Positions 53,688 to 64,000 of a DNA stretch of 64,000 nt are shown here, piece after piece (within the stretch, counting starts at the first letter, position 1; the number at the start of each line of letters is the position of its first letter). The stretch covers positions 10,664,001 through 10,728,000 of the forward strand of contig CM059432.1 of the NCBI GenBank assembly GCA_030390025.1. Direction: 5' to 3'. The translations under genes and the position numbers were made by a program. The notes beneath the pieces were generated by a model that had not been told where the DNA came from, made no database searches, and saw only the letters and a program-made list of their open reading frames with translations. The DNA comes from Squalus acanthias (Eukaryota).

Positions 53688-56681
53688 ATGGAAATCCCAG
53701 TACCCACCCTCCTGGGGTACTGTGGTCTGGTGTTTGGCTGTATCATCCTCGCTGAGAACTCAGATGTAACTATTACCGCAGACGGACGGAACAGTCAGAA
53801 CTGTGCCCAAGACAACAATGCAGGTTTTCACGCACCTACCAATGGCAACAACGAGTGCAGTTGTAGCAGCCAAGGAAAAACCTGCTATGAGACGGCAACT
53901 GAAACTCAACTGAACTTTGTGTGTATTGCTTGTACGGGAAAAGGTGTTCAGGCTATAGTATGGATAGCTATGCAGCACACAGGGGGCACCCATAGGGTTC
54001 TATTGGGGGCAACTCCTGTTGGTTCAGAGTATGAGATGAATTGTACTAAGATAGATAAACAACTGTGTTGCAACATAAGCAAGACAAGCACCTCCTTACA
54101 GATTATGGTGGGATGTAGCAGCAATTCAACTGTAAGAAACCTAATCAGTAATCCACGGAAGAGCTTAAAACCAACGTGCTCGTGTAAACACCAAGGAAAG
54201 CTAGTGGTTCAGGTATTACTGACACCTACTACCCCCGAGCCAACTACCCCACTCATTGTTCAGACCACCACCCCGATCCCTACCACCCCGGTTCCAGTTT
54301 GGGACTGCCCCGAACACGAGCCGGGACCCAAGGGAGGAGTAATATTAAGAAACACGACCAAAATTGTTTATGATAATATGCAATATGAATTAATACCTAT
54401 AGTGCTGAATATAATCGATGTACAATTGTCCGATTGGTGCCCGGAGGGAACCAAAAGATTGTATCAGGAATTGACTTCGATGTTGCTCAAGGGAGAGATA
54501 GGAGGGAAGCAGGGAAATGAAACAAAGACAGCTAGGAAAAGGAGGAAGAGAGGGTTACTGAATGATGCAGGGACAGTCTATGGAGCAGGAATGGCCACTG
54601 TAAATACTCTTGATATAACTAATTTGAACTCCAAGGTTAAAACTTTAACCCAGCAAGTCAAAACGTTATTGGAGGAACTGAATAATAATCAAAGACAAGA
54701 GTCACAGGCAGGACAGGAAAGTATAGGGATCCAAACACAACAGGTGAAGGTCTCAGATGGACATGCACGGACTATTAATCAACTTATTAACACGGCCAAA
54801 AAGGCGGCGAACGGAACCCAACAACAAACACTGTGCATGACTTATGGCAATTGGATGCTGGACCAGCTGAGAGAAAACTTAATGCTGGCAAAACGTGAAG
54901 AAGTACCCACTTGGATCAACAATACTCAAATCCGGGGTCTGATAAAGCAGAATGTTCCTGCTACTATCAGTGACTGCGAACTACGGAAACTCAGCAGGGT
55001 ATGGTTCAACGAGAAATGTACGGGCCCCCATGGAAGTACTGCTGTAGGGATGGTGATAGGAGTCCCCATGATAGGACACCAGGAAGGAATGCCATTATTT
55101 GAGGTCCAAACCATAGGCACTATATAAAAAGGAGCATGGGTGGCCGTGGCAGGAATGAGGCCATATGCTGTGAAGCAGAACGGTACTCTAGTGGGAGCTG
55201 CATTGGGACAATGTGCCACTACGGAAAGAACAGTAATATGCCCATCCAAAATTTACCCGACCAGCACCGCGCGATGCGGATTTAAGGGAAATACGGCCAT
55301 AAATTGTTCCTTGATCATGGAGAACGCGATTCACAAACCGAAGCGCTTATATGGGTGACGGAACATATTGGCCCAAAAATTCGGCCGAGAACGGGTGAGT
55401 ACTCAGTGCGTACTCACCATATTCATTCCCGAAGTGCCGGTTTCCTGCATGCACTGCGCATGCGCAGGAAACCGGCACTTCCGGTAAGGCGAAGGGGGCG
55501 GTTCCTAGGTGAACCGCGTGCGCACTAGAGGCTGCGCACACGCAGCACACTTAGGTTTTTTTTCAGCTTTCAACGCGAGGGTAAGTATGGAAGATTCTAC
55601 ACAAGTAAAAAGACCTCTTTTGAACAAGGTAAGTAGTTAATTAAGTATAATTTTTAATTTTTTTCAACAGGTTTATCTTTTTTAGAGACTTTAAAGAAAG
55701 GTAAGTTTATTTTTATAACTTTAAAAAAAAAAAAAATTTTTTCAAAAATTTAAATTTTTGTTTAAAGTGGTTAATTTATTTAACTATAGTTATTTTATTA
55801 ATGTGATGGTTTTTTTTTTAATTTATTTGAGGTTTAGCTGTTCTTTTGGGGCCTCTTTCAATTCACAGATTTGACAGGTCTCCTGTCAAATCTATGAATG
55901 AAAGATGGTCTGCTGCCATTGGCTCTCCATGGCCCACGTGATCCCAGGGGTCGCATCGCACTAACTGCGCCCCTGGGACATGCAAGCACTGCGCGCCGGC
56001 ACTAGGGAGAGGCCCAGGACCCGAAGTTCCTATTGGGGCAAACAAGGACGGCAGACGCGGTATGTGATATCGCGCGCGATCCTTACCCCCGCGGCAAGCC
56101 TCCGAGTCAAATTTCTGGGCCAATGTTTTACCACCACCGAAGCTAGTTACCATTATGGGAACAAGGACTGCCCTATCCAAAACCCAACCTTCTGCATGCA
56201 CCCCCTGATACCGATGAGAATAGGAAATGAGGAAATTATCAACATCCAGAGGCATGCAACTGTTAATCTTAATGTGTCAATAGACCTGAAGAATCGCTTG
56301 ACAGAATATTTCGCAAAAATCGACATCAACATCCAGCTAGAGGAAGAACATCTAACGGAAATTAGACATCAGCTTGATCTTGTTCATGAAATCTACGAAA
56401 GGGTGGAAATGAATACCCAGGACATTGACCAAAAGATTAAACAAATCAAAATCAATACTCGGTGGGACGACCTTTGGAATTGGGGCGAAAATGTGAACAT
56501 GCACCCCTGGGTGAGACTCGTGTCCCACCTGACTGTAATTATGATCATGCTGGTGTTCCAATGCCTATGCTTCACCTGGGTAAGCATGAAAAGACTAGAG
56601 AAAAGGCTGAAGGTTCGAGTGGAATCAATGGAAGCGTATCAGGCTTTACAAAGGACAAAGGACACACCCCGACGATGGTAA
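53688..56681 (+). pseudogene. env: env, class I fusion glycoprotein (~745 aa reconstructed), disrupted
   Basis: Signal peptide, Cys-rich domain, Thr/Pro stalk, RKRRKR furin site (54534-51), fusion peptide, heptad repeats, Trp-rich membrane-proximal region and TM. Lesions: TAA at 55125-27, an inferred frameshift near 55340, and a MITE at 55370-56121. Confidence 0.88.
55370..56121. mobile_element. Non-autonomous DNA transposon (MITE, probably PIF/Harbinger-like) inserted in env
   Basis: TIRs GGCCCAAAAATT / AATTTCTGGGCC; AT-rich core; removing it plus 3 bp (ATT/AAT flanks) restores GDGTYCFTTTEASYHYG. Confidence 0.85.
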
Positions 56682-56736
56682 ACAGCTTTATGGTGATCAA
56701 ATCATTTGGTCAAATGATAATGATCAAAGGGAGGAA

Positions 56737-57308
56737 TGTGGAAATAAAATGGAGGAGTCACCATGTGTAAGAGATAGTGGTCATAGGTAACCTCATCAGA
56801 CACGGGTGAGGTCACTACAGACGCCAGTTAACAAACAATGGGACAAATTGTAGAATAGGATAAACTAATCATCAGGGCGCAGACCGAACATCTAAAAGGA
56901 ACAAATGTGTAACCAAAGAGATGGGACAGATTATAGAATAGTATAAACCAGGAGGGAAAACCCCAGATAGCAGCGAGAACCTAGCAGCGAGAACCTGGCA
57001 GCGAGAACCTAGGAGCAACACTCGACAGCAGGGACCTGGGAACAGAAACCCTACGTAGAGGTTTGGACAGAGATTGATCACCTCGGACCAAATCGGGTAA
57101 TATCGATATAAGTTGTGAGTCTTATATTTTGGAATTGTACTTTAAACTACGAACGGTGTTTGTTAAGCATTTATTAAAGATAAATCTTGGTACGCGAAAT
57201 CTGTTGCCTGTGTGTTTGTTCAGACCAAACTTACATTTGAACCCTAAAAGGAAAAATTGCGAACCTATTTGTTCGATCTTTCGAACATCTAGCGAATTCG
57301 GAGCAACA
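56737..57308 (+). repeat. 3' LTR (572 bp)
   Basis: Direct repeat of the 5' LTR, immediately preceded by the polypurine tract AAAGGGAGGAA (56726-56736). Confidence 0.97.
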
Positions 57309-57516
57309 GCATCAAGGGATATGGCGATAGGGCCGGTGAATGGAGTTGAGGCAGAAGATCAGCCATGATCTCACTGAATGGCGGAGCAGGCTCGAAAGGC
57401 TGAATGGCCTGCTCCTGCTCCTATTATGTTCTTATTAGTCCAGCAGCAGGTTTGCAACAATGTACCAAGGACCATGACTTGACTGCCAATTACCAAATTG
57501 GTCTTCCTGTCTTTGT

Positions 57517-60430
57517 TTCTCGGTATCCTCCTCGCAGCACACACGCCCACCCAGCTTTGTGTCATCTGCAAACTTGGAGATATTACATTTAGTTCCCTTA
57601 TCTAGATCATTAATGTATATTGTGAATAGCTGGGGTCCAAGGACCGATCCCTGCGGTACCCCACTAGTCACTGCCTGCCACTCGAAAAAAGACTCATTAA
57701 TTCCTACTCTCTGCTTTATGTCCGCCAACCAGTTCTCTATCCAAGTCAATACCTTGCCCCCAATCCCATGTGCCTTAACTTTACACGCTAATCTCTTATG
57801 CGGGACCTTATCGAAAGCCTTTTGAAAGTCCAAATACACCACATCTACTGGTGCTCCCTTCTCTATTTTCCCAGTTACATCCTCAAAAAATTCCAGTAGA
57901 TTAGTCAAGCACGATTTACCTTTTGTAAATCCATGTTGACTTTGTCCGATCCTGTCACTGTTTTTCAAGTGCTCAGCTATTACATCCTTTATAATGGACT
58001 CTAGCATTTTCCCCACTACCGATGTCAGGCTTACCGGTCTGTAATTCCCCGCTTTCGCTCTACCACCCTTTTTGAATAGTGGGGTAACATTAGCTACCCT
58101 CCAATCCATGGGTACAGTTCCAGATTCCATCGAATGTTGGAAGATGATCAGCAATGCATCTACTATTTCTAGGACCACGTCCTTAAGTACCCTAGGATGT
58201 AGATTATCAGGCCCTGGGGATTTATCAGCCTTCAATCCCGTCAATTTCCCTAACACCATTTCCCTACAAATACTGATTTCTTTCAGTTCCTCCCTTTTAT
58301 CAGACCGTATGTTCTCCAACATCTCTGGGAGGTTATTTGTGTCCTCCTTTGTGAAGACAGAACCAAAATATGCATTTAATTGGTCTGCCATTTCTTTGTT
58401 CCCATTATAACTTCCCCCGCTTCTGACTGCAAGGGACCTACACTTGATTTCACTAATCTTTTTCTCTTCACATATCTATAAAAGCTCTTACAGTCAGTTT
58501 TTATGTTCCCTACAAGCTTACTTTCATATTCTATTTTCCCCTTCTTAATTAATCCCTTTGTCCTCCTTTGTTGAATCCTAAACTGCTGCCAATCCTCAGG
58601 GTTACCGCTTTTTCTGGCCAATTTATATGCCCTCTCCTTGGATCTTATGCTATCCCTAATTTCCCTTGTTAGCCACGGTTGAGTCACCCTTTTTGTTTTA
58701 TTCTTATGCCACACTAGGATGAACAAATTCTGTAGTTCATTCATGCAGCCTTTGAATGTTTGCCATTGCCTATCCACCGTCAACCCTTTGAGTGACATTC
58801 CCCAGTCAATCCTACCCAATTCGCGCCTCATACCATCGTAGTTTCCTTTATTTAAATTCAGGACCATAAATATTGAATACCCCTGGATGTTGAGTTCCCA
58901 GCCTTGGCCACCCTGGAGCCATGTTTCTGTAATCCCAATCAAATCGTATTCATTTACCACTATTTGCGCAGCTAATTCATCCACCTTGTTCCGAATGCTC
59001 CTTGCATTAAGACACAAAGCCTTCAGGCTTGTTTTTTTAACGCTCTCAGACCTATATGAATTATTATTTACTGTGACCATATTTGATTTAAACCGTTGAG
59101 TTCTTTGCCTTCTACTTTTGTTTTTCTCCTTCCTGTCTTTTGCTTTTATCCTTGTTTCCCTTTCCTCTGTCTCTCTGCTCAGGTTCCCAACCCCCTGCCA
59201 CTTTAGTTTAAACCCTCCCCAACAGCACGAGCAAGCACTCACCCTAGGACATCGGTCCCGGCCCTGCCCAGGTGCAGACCATCCCGTTTGTACTGGTCCC
59301 ACCTCCCCCAGAACCGGTTCCAATGTCCAAGGAATTTGAATCCCTCCCCCTTGCACCATTCCTCTAGCCACGTATTCATTTGAAATATCCTCCTATTTCT
59401 ACTCTGACTAGCACATGGCACTGGTAGCAATCTTGAGATTACTACCTCTGAGGTCCTATTTTTTAATTTACCTCCTAACTCCCTATATTCTGCTTTTAGG
59501 ACCTCATCCCGTTTTTTACCTATATCGTTGGTGCCTATGTGCACCACGACAACTGGCTGTTCGCCCTCCCCCTCCAAAATGTTCTGTAGCCGCTCAGAGA
59601 CGTCCTTGACCCTTGCACCAGGGAGGCAACACACCATCCTGGAGTCTCGTTTGCGGCCGCAGAAACGCCTATCTATTCCCCTTACAATTGAGTCCCCTAT
59701 CACTATAGCTCTTCCACACTTTTTCCTCCAAGCCTGTGCAGCAGAGCCACCCATGGTGCCAGGAAGTTGGCTGCTGCTGCCTTCCCCTGATAAGTCATCC
59801 CCCCCAACAGTATCCAAAGTGCCCTGGCCTGCTGAGTTTTTCCAGCGTTTTCTGTTGTTATTTCAGATTTCCAGCATCCGCAGTATTTTGCTATCCAAAG
59901 TGGTATATCTGTTTGAGAGGGGGATGGCCACAGGGGACCCTTGCACTACCTGCCTGCACCTCTTACTCTGCCTGGTGGTCACCCATTCACTTCCTGCCTG
60001 TACACCCTTTACCTGCAGTGTGACCAACTCGCTAAACGTGCTATCCACGACGTTTACAGCGTCGTGAATGCTCCAATATGCATCCATCCGCAGCTCCAGA
60101 GCCGCAATGCGGTCTATCAGTAGCTGCAGCTGGATACACTTCCCACACACATGGTCGTCAGGGACACAGGAAGTGTCCCTGATTTACCACATATAGCAGG
60201 AGGAGCATATCACGGGGCGGAGCTCTCCTGCCATGACTTACCCTTTAATTAATTAATTTAAATTAAATTAAATGAATCCCACCAATTTCACTTCAATTAA
60301 ATGATATACTCAAGGGCCCTTTCTTAACAGTAGTCCCCGCTACACAACAGAGACCCTAGAAACCGCAAAATTTTAAGTTTAGAAAAATTTAGAAGGAAAA
60401 TACTCACCAACCAATCACTTACCTGCTTCT
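57517..60430 (-). mobile_element. Long CR1 LINE with ORF1 (Cys motif plus SGNH esterase) and partial ORF2 (APE with internal deletion, RT); 3' part missing
   Basis: ORF 59239..59817 (IVIGDSIVRG...VVHIGTNDIG); ORF 58376..59371 (LNARSIRNK, GITETWL); ORF 57435..58391 (YRPVSLTS, DFQKAFD, GVPQGSVLGP, FADD). Confidence 0.95.
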
Positions 60431-60947
60431 TGGTGACGTCACAGTTCGATTGTTTTTTGCTTCCCTCTCCCGGACCTGGATTAGGGAAAATCCCCCTAGC
60501 TCACCTTTATATCGCCACTCGCCACTCCTCGGGCTGCCTCCGCTGCTCTCTTTTTACCTTTTTTCCCCATGTGAGAGCCCCAATCTTTGTTTGGCTTTCT
60601 ATAACCTTTTTAAAAAGTTAGAATAAAAGGAGCTTATTCACTTCCTGGTTCCCAGCCCATGAGAATTCTGCATTGTGATTGGCTGCTTGTTGACGTGACA
60701 GCAGCTCGCGCTAGGGATTCCCCATTAACTCACACCGATCTCAACCGTCGAACGTCGGAAACGTCGAACATCTCGCCACAGAGGTCGCGAGATCTTTGCG
60801 GGTAGCTTTCTTCGGGGGGGCCAGCGGCGAGCACCTTTGCTTCGCCGCTGGCCGCAAATTGCAGGCCGTTCTGTCGTATTATTGAGCACAAATGCTTGCA
60901 ATGCCATTAGATCAACAACAACAATCATAATTACAGATCATTCTTAC

Positions 60948-61019
60948 ACAGTAGTCAAAGCGTCCAGCCCTTTGAATACATCCTTTGGAAGTGCCTTAAG
61001 GTTGTTATTTGCCAAGCTT
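60948..61019 (-). CDS. LGI-family 72-nt LRR exon ([24 protein letters not shown])
   Basis: cag|...|gtaag; one 24-aa LRR; phase 2-2 joins the 39983 exon across a ~21-kb intron. No further upstream exons found in the window. Confidence 0.93.
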
Positions 61020-62371
61020 CTGTCAAAACAAAAAATGGAGAAATTCTGTTAATGCTAATTTTTTTAACATTGCATTTAGCTACGACTTGTGGTGTACGGT
61101 CTGATAAGTTCAAGACTGGCCTGCTGTGAGACCAGCTTGGATCCATGCTTTGTACACATTACAGAGGAGCCAACATCAAAGGAACTCTGATCCTGCTCAA
61201 GATGAACACGTATTGATCACATTTTAATCCACGGTCGCTGTAGATTTCAACCCTACTACCCTACTTACCATACCTCAGTAATCTGTTAACCATATCATTG
61301 TGTGAACTTCATGGGTGCAAATCAGGGAGACTCATTTTTCGAAATACAGATAACATCGTAAATTCATTCCATTTATTTGTACATATTCATAACTTTAATA
61401 TATTGTTGGTTCAATGTTTTTAACAAAGGTCGAATGTTCATGCTGCAGCTTTGAGAATGTTTCTTCAGGGTCCTGTGAATCTTCTCCCCGGCGTTACATC
61501 GTAGAGTAATCATAAACATGCAATGCAATGGCTTGATACTTCTAATGCAGCTATGAGATGGTGGGCAAGGTGGTCAGTGAGAAACTGTTTGGGATTTTTA
61601 ATATTTTAGCCTGCAGAGATGCTTTGTGTTATCAGGATCTGACAAATATACCAACCAGCAATCAGTTGCTGGTTCCAAATTGAGATATCATAGTTCTAAG
61701 AAAGTGTTCCAATTTATCAGAGACTTGAGCACATAATCCAGCCTGACACTTCAATGCGGTACGGAAGGAGTGTTACACTGCCAGAAGTGCCGTCTTTCAG
61801 AGATATTAAACCGAGGCCCCGTCTGCTCTCTCAGGTGGACGTAAAAGATCCCATGGCACTATTTCAAAGAAGAGCAGGGGAGTTCTCCCAGTGTCTTGGC
61901 CATCATTTATCCCTCAATCAACATCGCTTAAAAAAAACGTTTAATTGGTCATTGATATCATTGCTTTTGTGGGAGCTTGCTGTGCGCAAATTGGCTGCCA
62001 AATTTCCTTACATTACAACACTGACCACACTTCAATTAAAAGCATTTCATTGCACCCCCCCCCCCCCGCGTGACTGAGGTCACACCTGACCCCACCTTCC
62101 CCTCGCCCCGACACCCCCCACGTGACAGAGGTCACACCTGAACCCCCACAGTGTCTATGATTAGCCCGCCCCCTTCCACCCAGTAACTGTGACTGGGCCC
62201 TCCACCATGTGCCGGGCTCCCAGGCACTTCCACATCCGAGAATCCAGCAGCCCGAGCCTAGCCAGAAACTCAGAAATAGCAACCGGCAGATGCGCAGAAA
62301 GACCACCCAGTCGCGCAAGCCCAGTGAGTCACTCAGGTCATTGTACAAGTTGTTGTTTAAACTGACAGCTC

Positions 62372-62998
62372 AGGGGGTACACCCACTGCCCAGGGGGTAC
62401 ACTCACCGTCCGGGGTACCCTCACTGCCCGGGGGGTACACTCACTGCCCAGGGGGTACACTCACTGCCCAGGGGGTACACTCACTGCCCGGGGGGTACCC
62501 TCACTGCCCGGGGGGTACACTCACTGCCCAGGGGGTACCCTCACTGCCCAGGGGGTACCCTCACCGCCCGGGGAGGGTACACTCACTGCCCAGGGGGTAC
62601 ACTCACTGCCCAGGGGAACACTCACCGCCCCGGGGTACCCTCACTGCCCGGGGGGTACACTCACTGCCCGGGGGGTACACTCACTGCCCAGGGGAACACT
62701 CACTGCCCGGGGGGTATACTCACTGCCCGGGGGTACACTCACTGCCCGGGGGGTACACTCACTGCCCAGGGGGTACACTCACTGCCCGGGGGGTACACTC
62801 ACTGCCCAGGGTTACACTCACTGCCCAGGGGGTACACTCACTGCCGGGGGGTACACTCACTGCCCAGGGGGTACACTCACCGCCCCGGGGGGGAAATCAC
62901 TGCCCAGGGGTACACTCACTGCCCGGGGGGTACACTCACTGCCCAGGGATACACTCACTGCCCAGGGGTACACTCACTGCCCGGGGGGTACACTCACC
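62372..62998. repeat. GC-rich minisatellite, ~19-20-bp unit GGGGGTACACTCACTGCCC(A/G), about 30 copies
   Basis: Directly visible tandem array. Confidence 0.97.
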
Positions 62999-62999
62999 A

Positions 63000-64000
63000 T
63001 ACTTTGGTTCTGTCTTCACAAAGGAGGACACAAATAAACTCCCAGAGATGTCGGGGAACATAGGGTCTAATGAGAGGGAGGAATTGAATTAAATCAGTAT
63101 TTGTAGGGAAATGGTGTTAGGGAAATTGATGGGATTGAAGGCCAATAAATCCCCAGGGCCTGATAATCTACATCCTAGGGTACTTAAGGAAGTGGCCCTA
63201 GAAATAGTAGATGCATTGCTGGTCATCTTTCAAAATTCTATAGACTCTGGCACAGTTCCCATGGATTGGAGGGTAGCTAATGTAACCCCACTATTTAAAA
63301 AAAGTGGTAGAGAAAAAACGGGGAATTATAGACCGGTAAGCCTGACATCGGTAGTGGGCAAAATGCTAGAGTCCATTATAAAAGATGTAATAGCAGAGCA
63401 CTTGGAAAACAATGACAGGATCGGACAAAGTCAACATGGATTTACAAAAGGTAAATCATGCCTGACTAATCTACTGGAATTTTTTGAGGATGTAACTGGT
63501 AGAATAGATAAGGGAGAACCAGTGGATGTGGTGTATTTGGACTTTCAGAAGGCTTTCGATAAGGTCCCGCATAAGAGATTAGCGTGCAAAGTTAAAGCAC
63601 ATGGGATTAGGAGTAAGGTACTGATTTGGATAGAGAACTGGTTGGCAGACAGGAAGCAAAGAGTTGGAATAAACGGGTCTTTCTCCGAGTGGCAGGCAGT
63701 GACTAGTGGGGTACCGCAGGGATCGGTGCTAGGACCCCAGCTATTCTTAATATATATTAATGATCTAGACGAGGGAACTAGATGTAATATCTCCAAGTTT
63801 GCAGACGACACAAAGCTGGGTGGGCGTGTGTGCTGTGAGGAGGATGCAGAGAAACTCCAGTATGATTTGGACAGGTTGGGTGATTGGGCAGATGCATGGC
63901 AGATGCAGTATAATGTGGATAAATGCGAGGTTATCCACTTTGGTGGCAAAAACAGGAAGACAGATTATTATCTGAACAGCAATAGATTGGGAAAAGGGGA
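63000..64000 (+). mobile_element. CR1 LINE ORF2/RT fragment running off the window end
   Basis: Closely similar, in reverse orientation, to 57520-58370; RT motifs present. Confidence 0.93.

Larger units (their letters stand above)
50055..57308 (+). mobile_element. Endogenous retrovirus-like provirus (LTR-gag-pro-partial RT-env-LTR), lokiretrovirus-like, defective
   Basis: Two 572-bp TG...CA LTRs; GCAT duplicated at 50051-54 and 57309-12; PBS and PPT present; gag, pro, RT and env remnants; splits a CR1 3' end. Confidence 0.95.

Noticed and set aside
53688..56681. Domesticated syncytin-like host gene
   Set aside because: env has an in-frame stop, an inferred frameshift and a MITE insertion, and sits in a young provirus. 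A secreted 479-aa truncated product is possible but unsupported.
50055..57308. Classification as an endogenous foamy virus
   Set aside because: Protease and RT look foamy-like, but Gag has a CCHC knuckle, the PBS is Arg-type rather than Lys, the LTRs are short, env runs almost to the PPT with no accessory ORFs, and Env has an ordinary N-terminal signal peptide.
59239..59817. Host or horizontally acquired SGNH/GDSL esterase gene
   Set aside because: It is the known esterase domain of CR1 ORF1, directly upstream of CR1 ORF2.
62209..63063. 284-aa repetitive ORF or CRISPR-like array
   Set aside because: Stop-free translation of a minisatellite; no unique spacers, no cas genes, eukaryotic context.
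61020..64000. Further upstream LGI LRR exons
   Set aside because: No 72-nt AG/GT-bounded LRR-coding segment found by eye; they probably lie beyond the window.

Overview
Repeat-rich eukaryotic genomic DNA, almost certainly from a shark or other elasmobranch (HE1-like V-SINE, SacSINE1/Deu-like SINEs, abundant CR1/L2 LINEs). There are two spliced host genes, both on the minus strand. RNMT (mRNA cap guanine-N7 methyltransferase) has 9 coding exons at 118-26353, a CpG-rich promoter near 26.1-26.65 kb, and its last exon outside the window. The last four coding exons of an LGI-family (LGI1-like) gene lie at 36657-61019. The standout feature is a young, two-LTR endogenous retrovirus-like provirus at 50055-57308 (572-bp LTRs about 99% identical, GCAT target-site duplication, tRNA-Arg PBS, PPT), inserted antisense in a 21-kb LGI intron. 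It combines a coiled-coil/gypsy-like Gag carrying PPPY and PTAP late domains, a foamy-like protease and RT (pol is internally deleted), and an Env built like a Mononegavirales-type class I fusion protein. That combination best fits a lokiretrovirus-like element. Also present: a 1.2-kb solo LTR, Harbinger and hAT MITEs, a decayed Harbinger transposase, Penelope-derived hairpin insertions, a 102-bp templated local duplication and a GC-rich minisatellite. All calls come from reading and translating the sequence by eye; no database search was run, and repeat boundaries are approximate unless a TSD is given.
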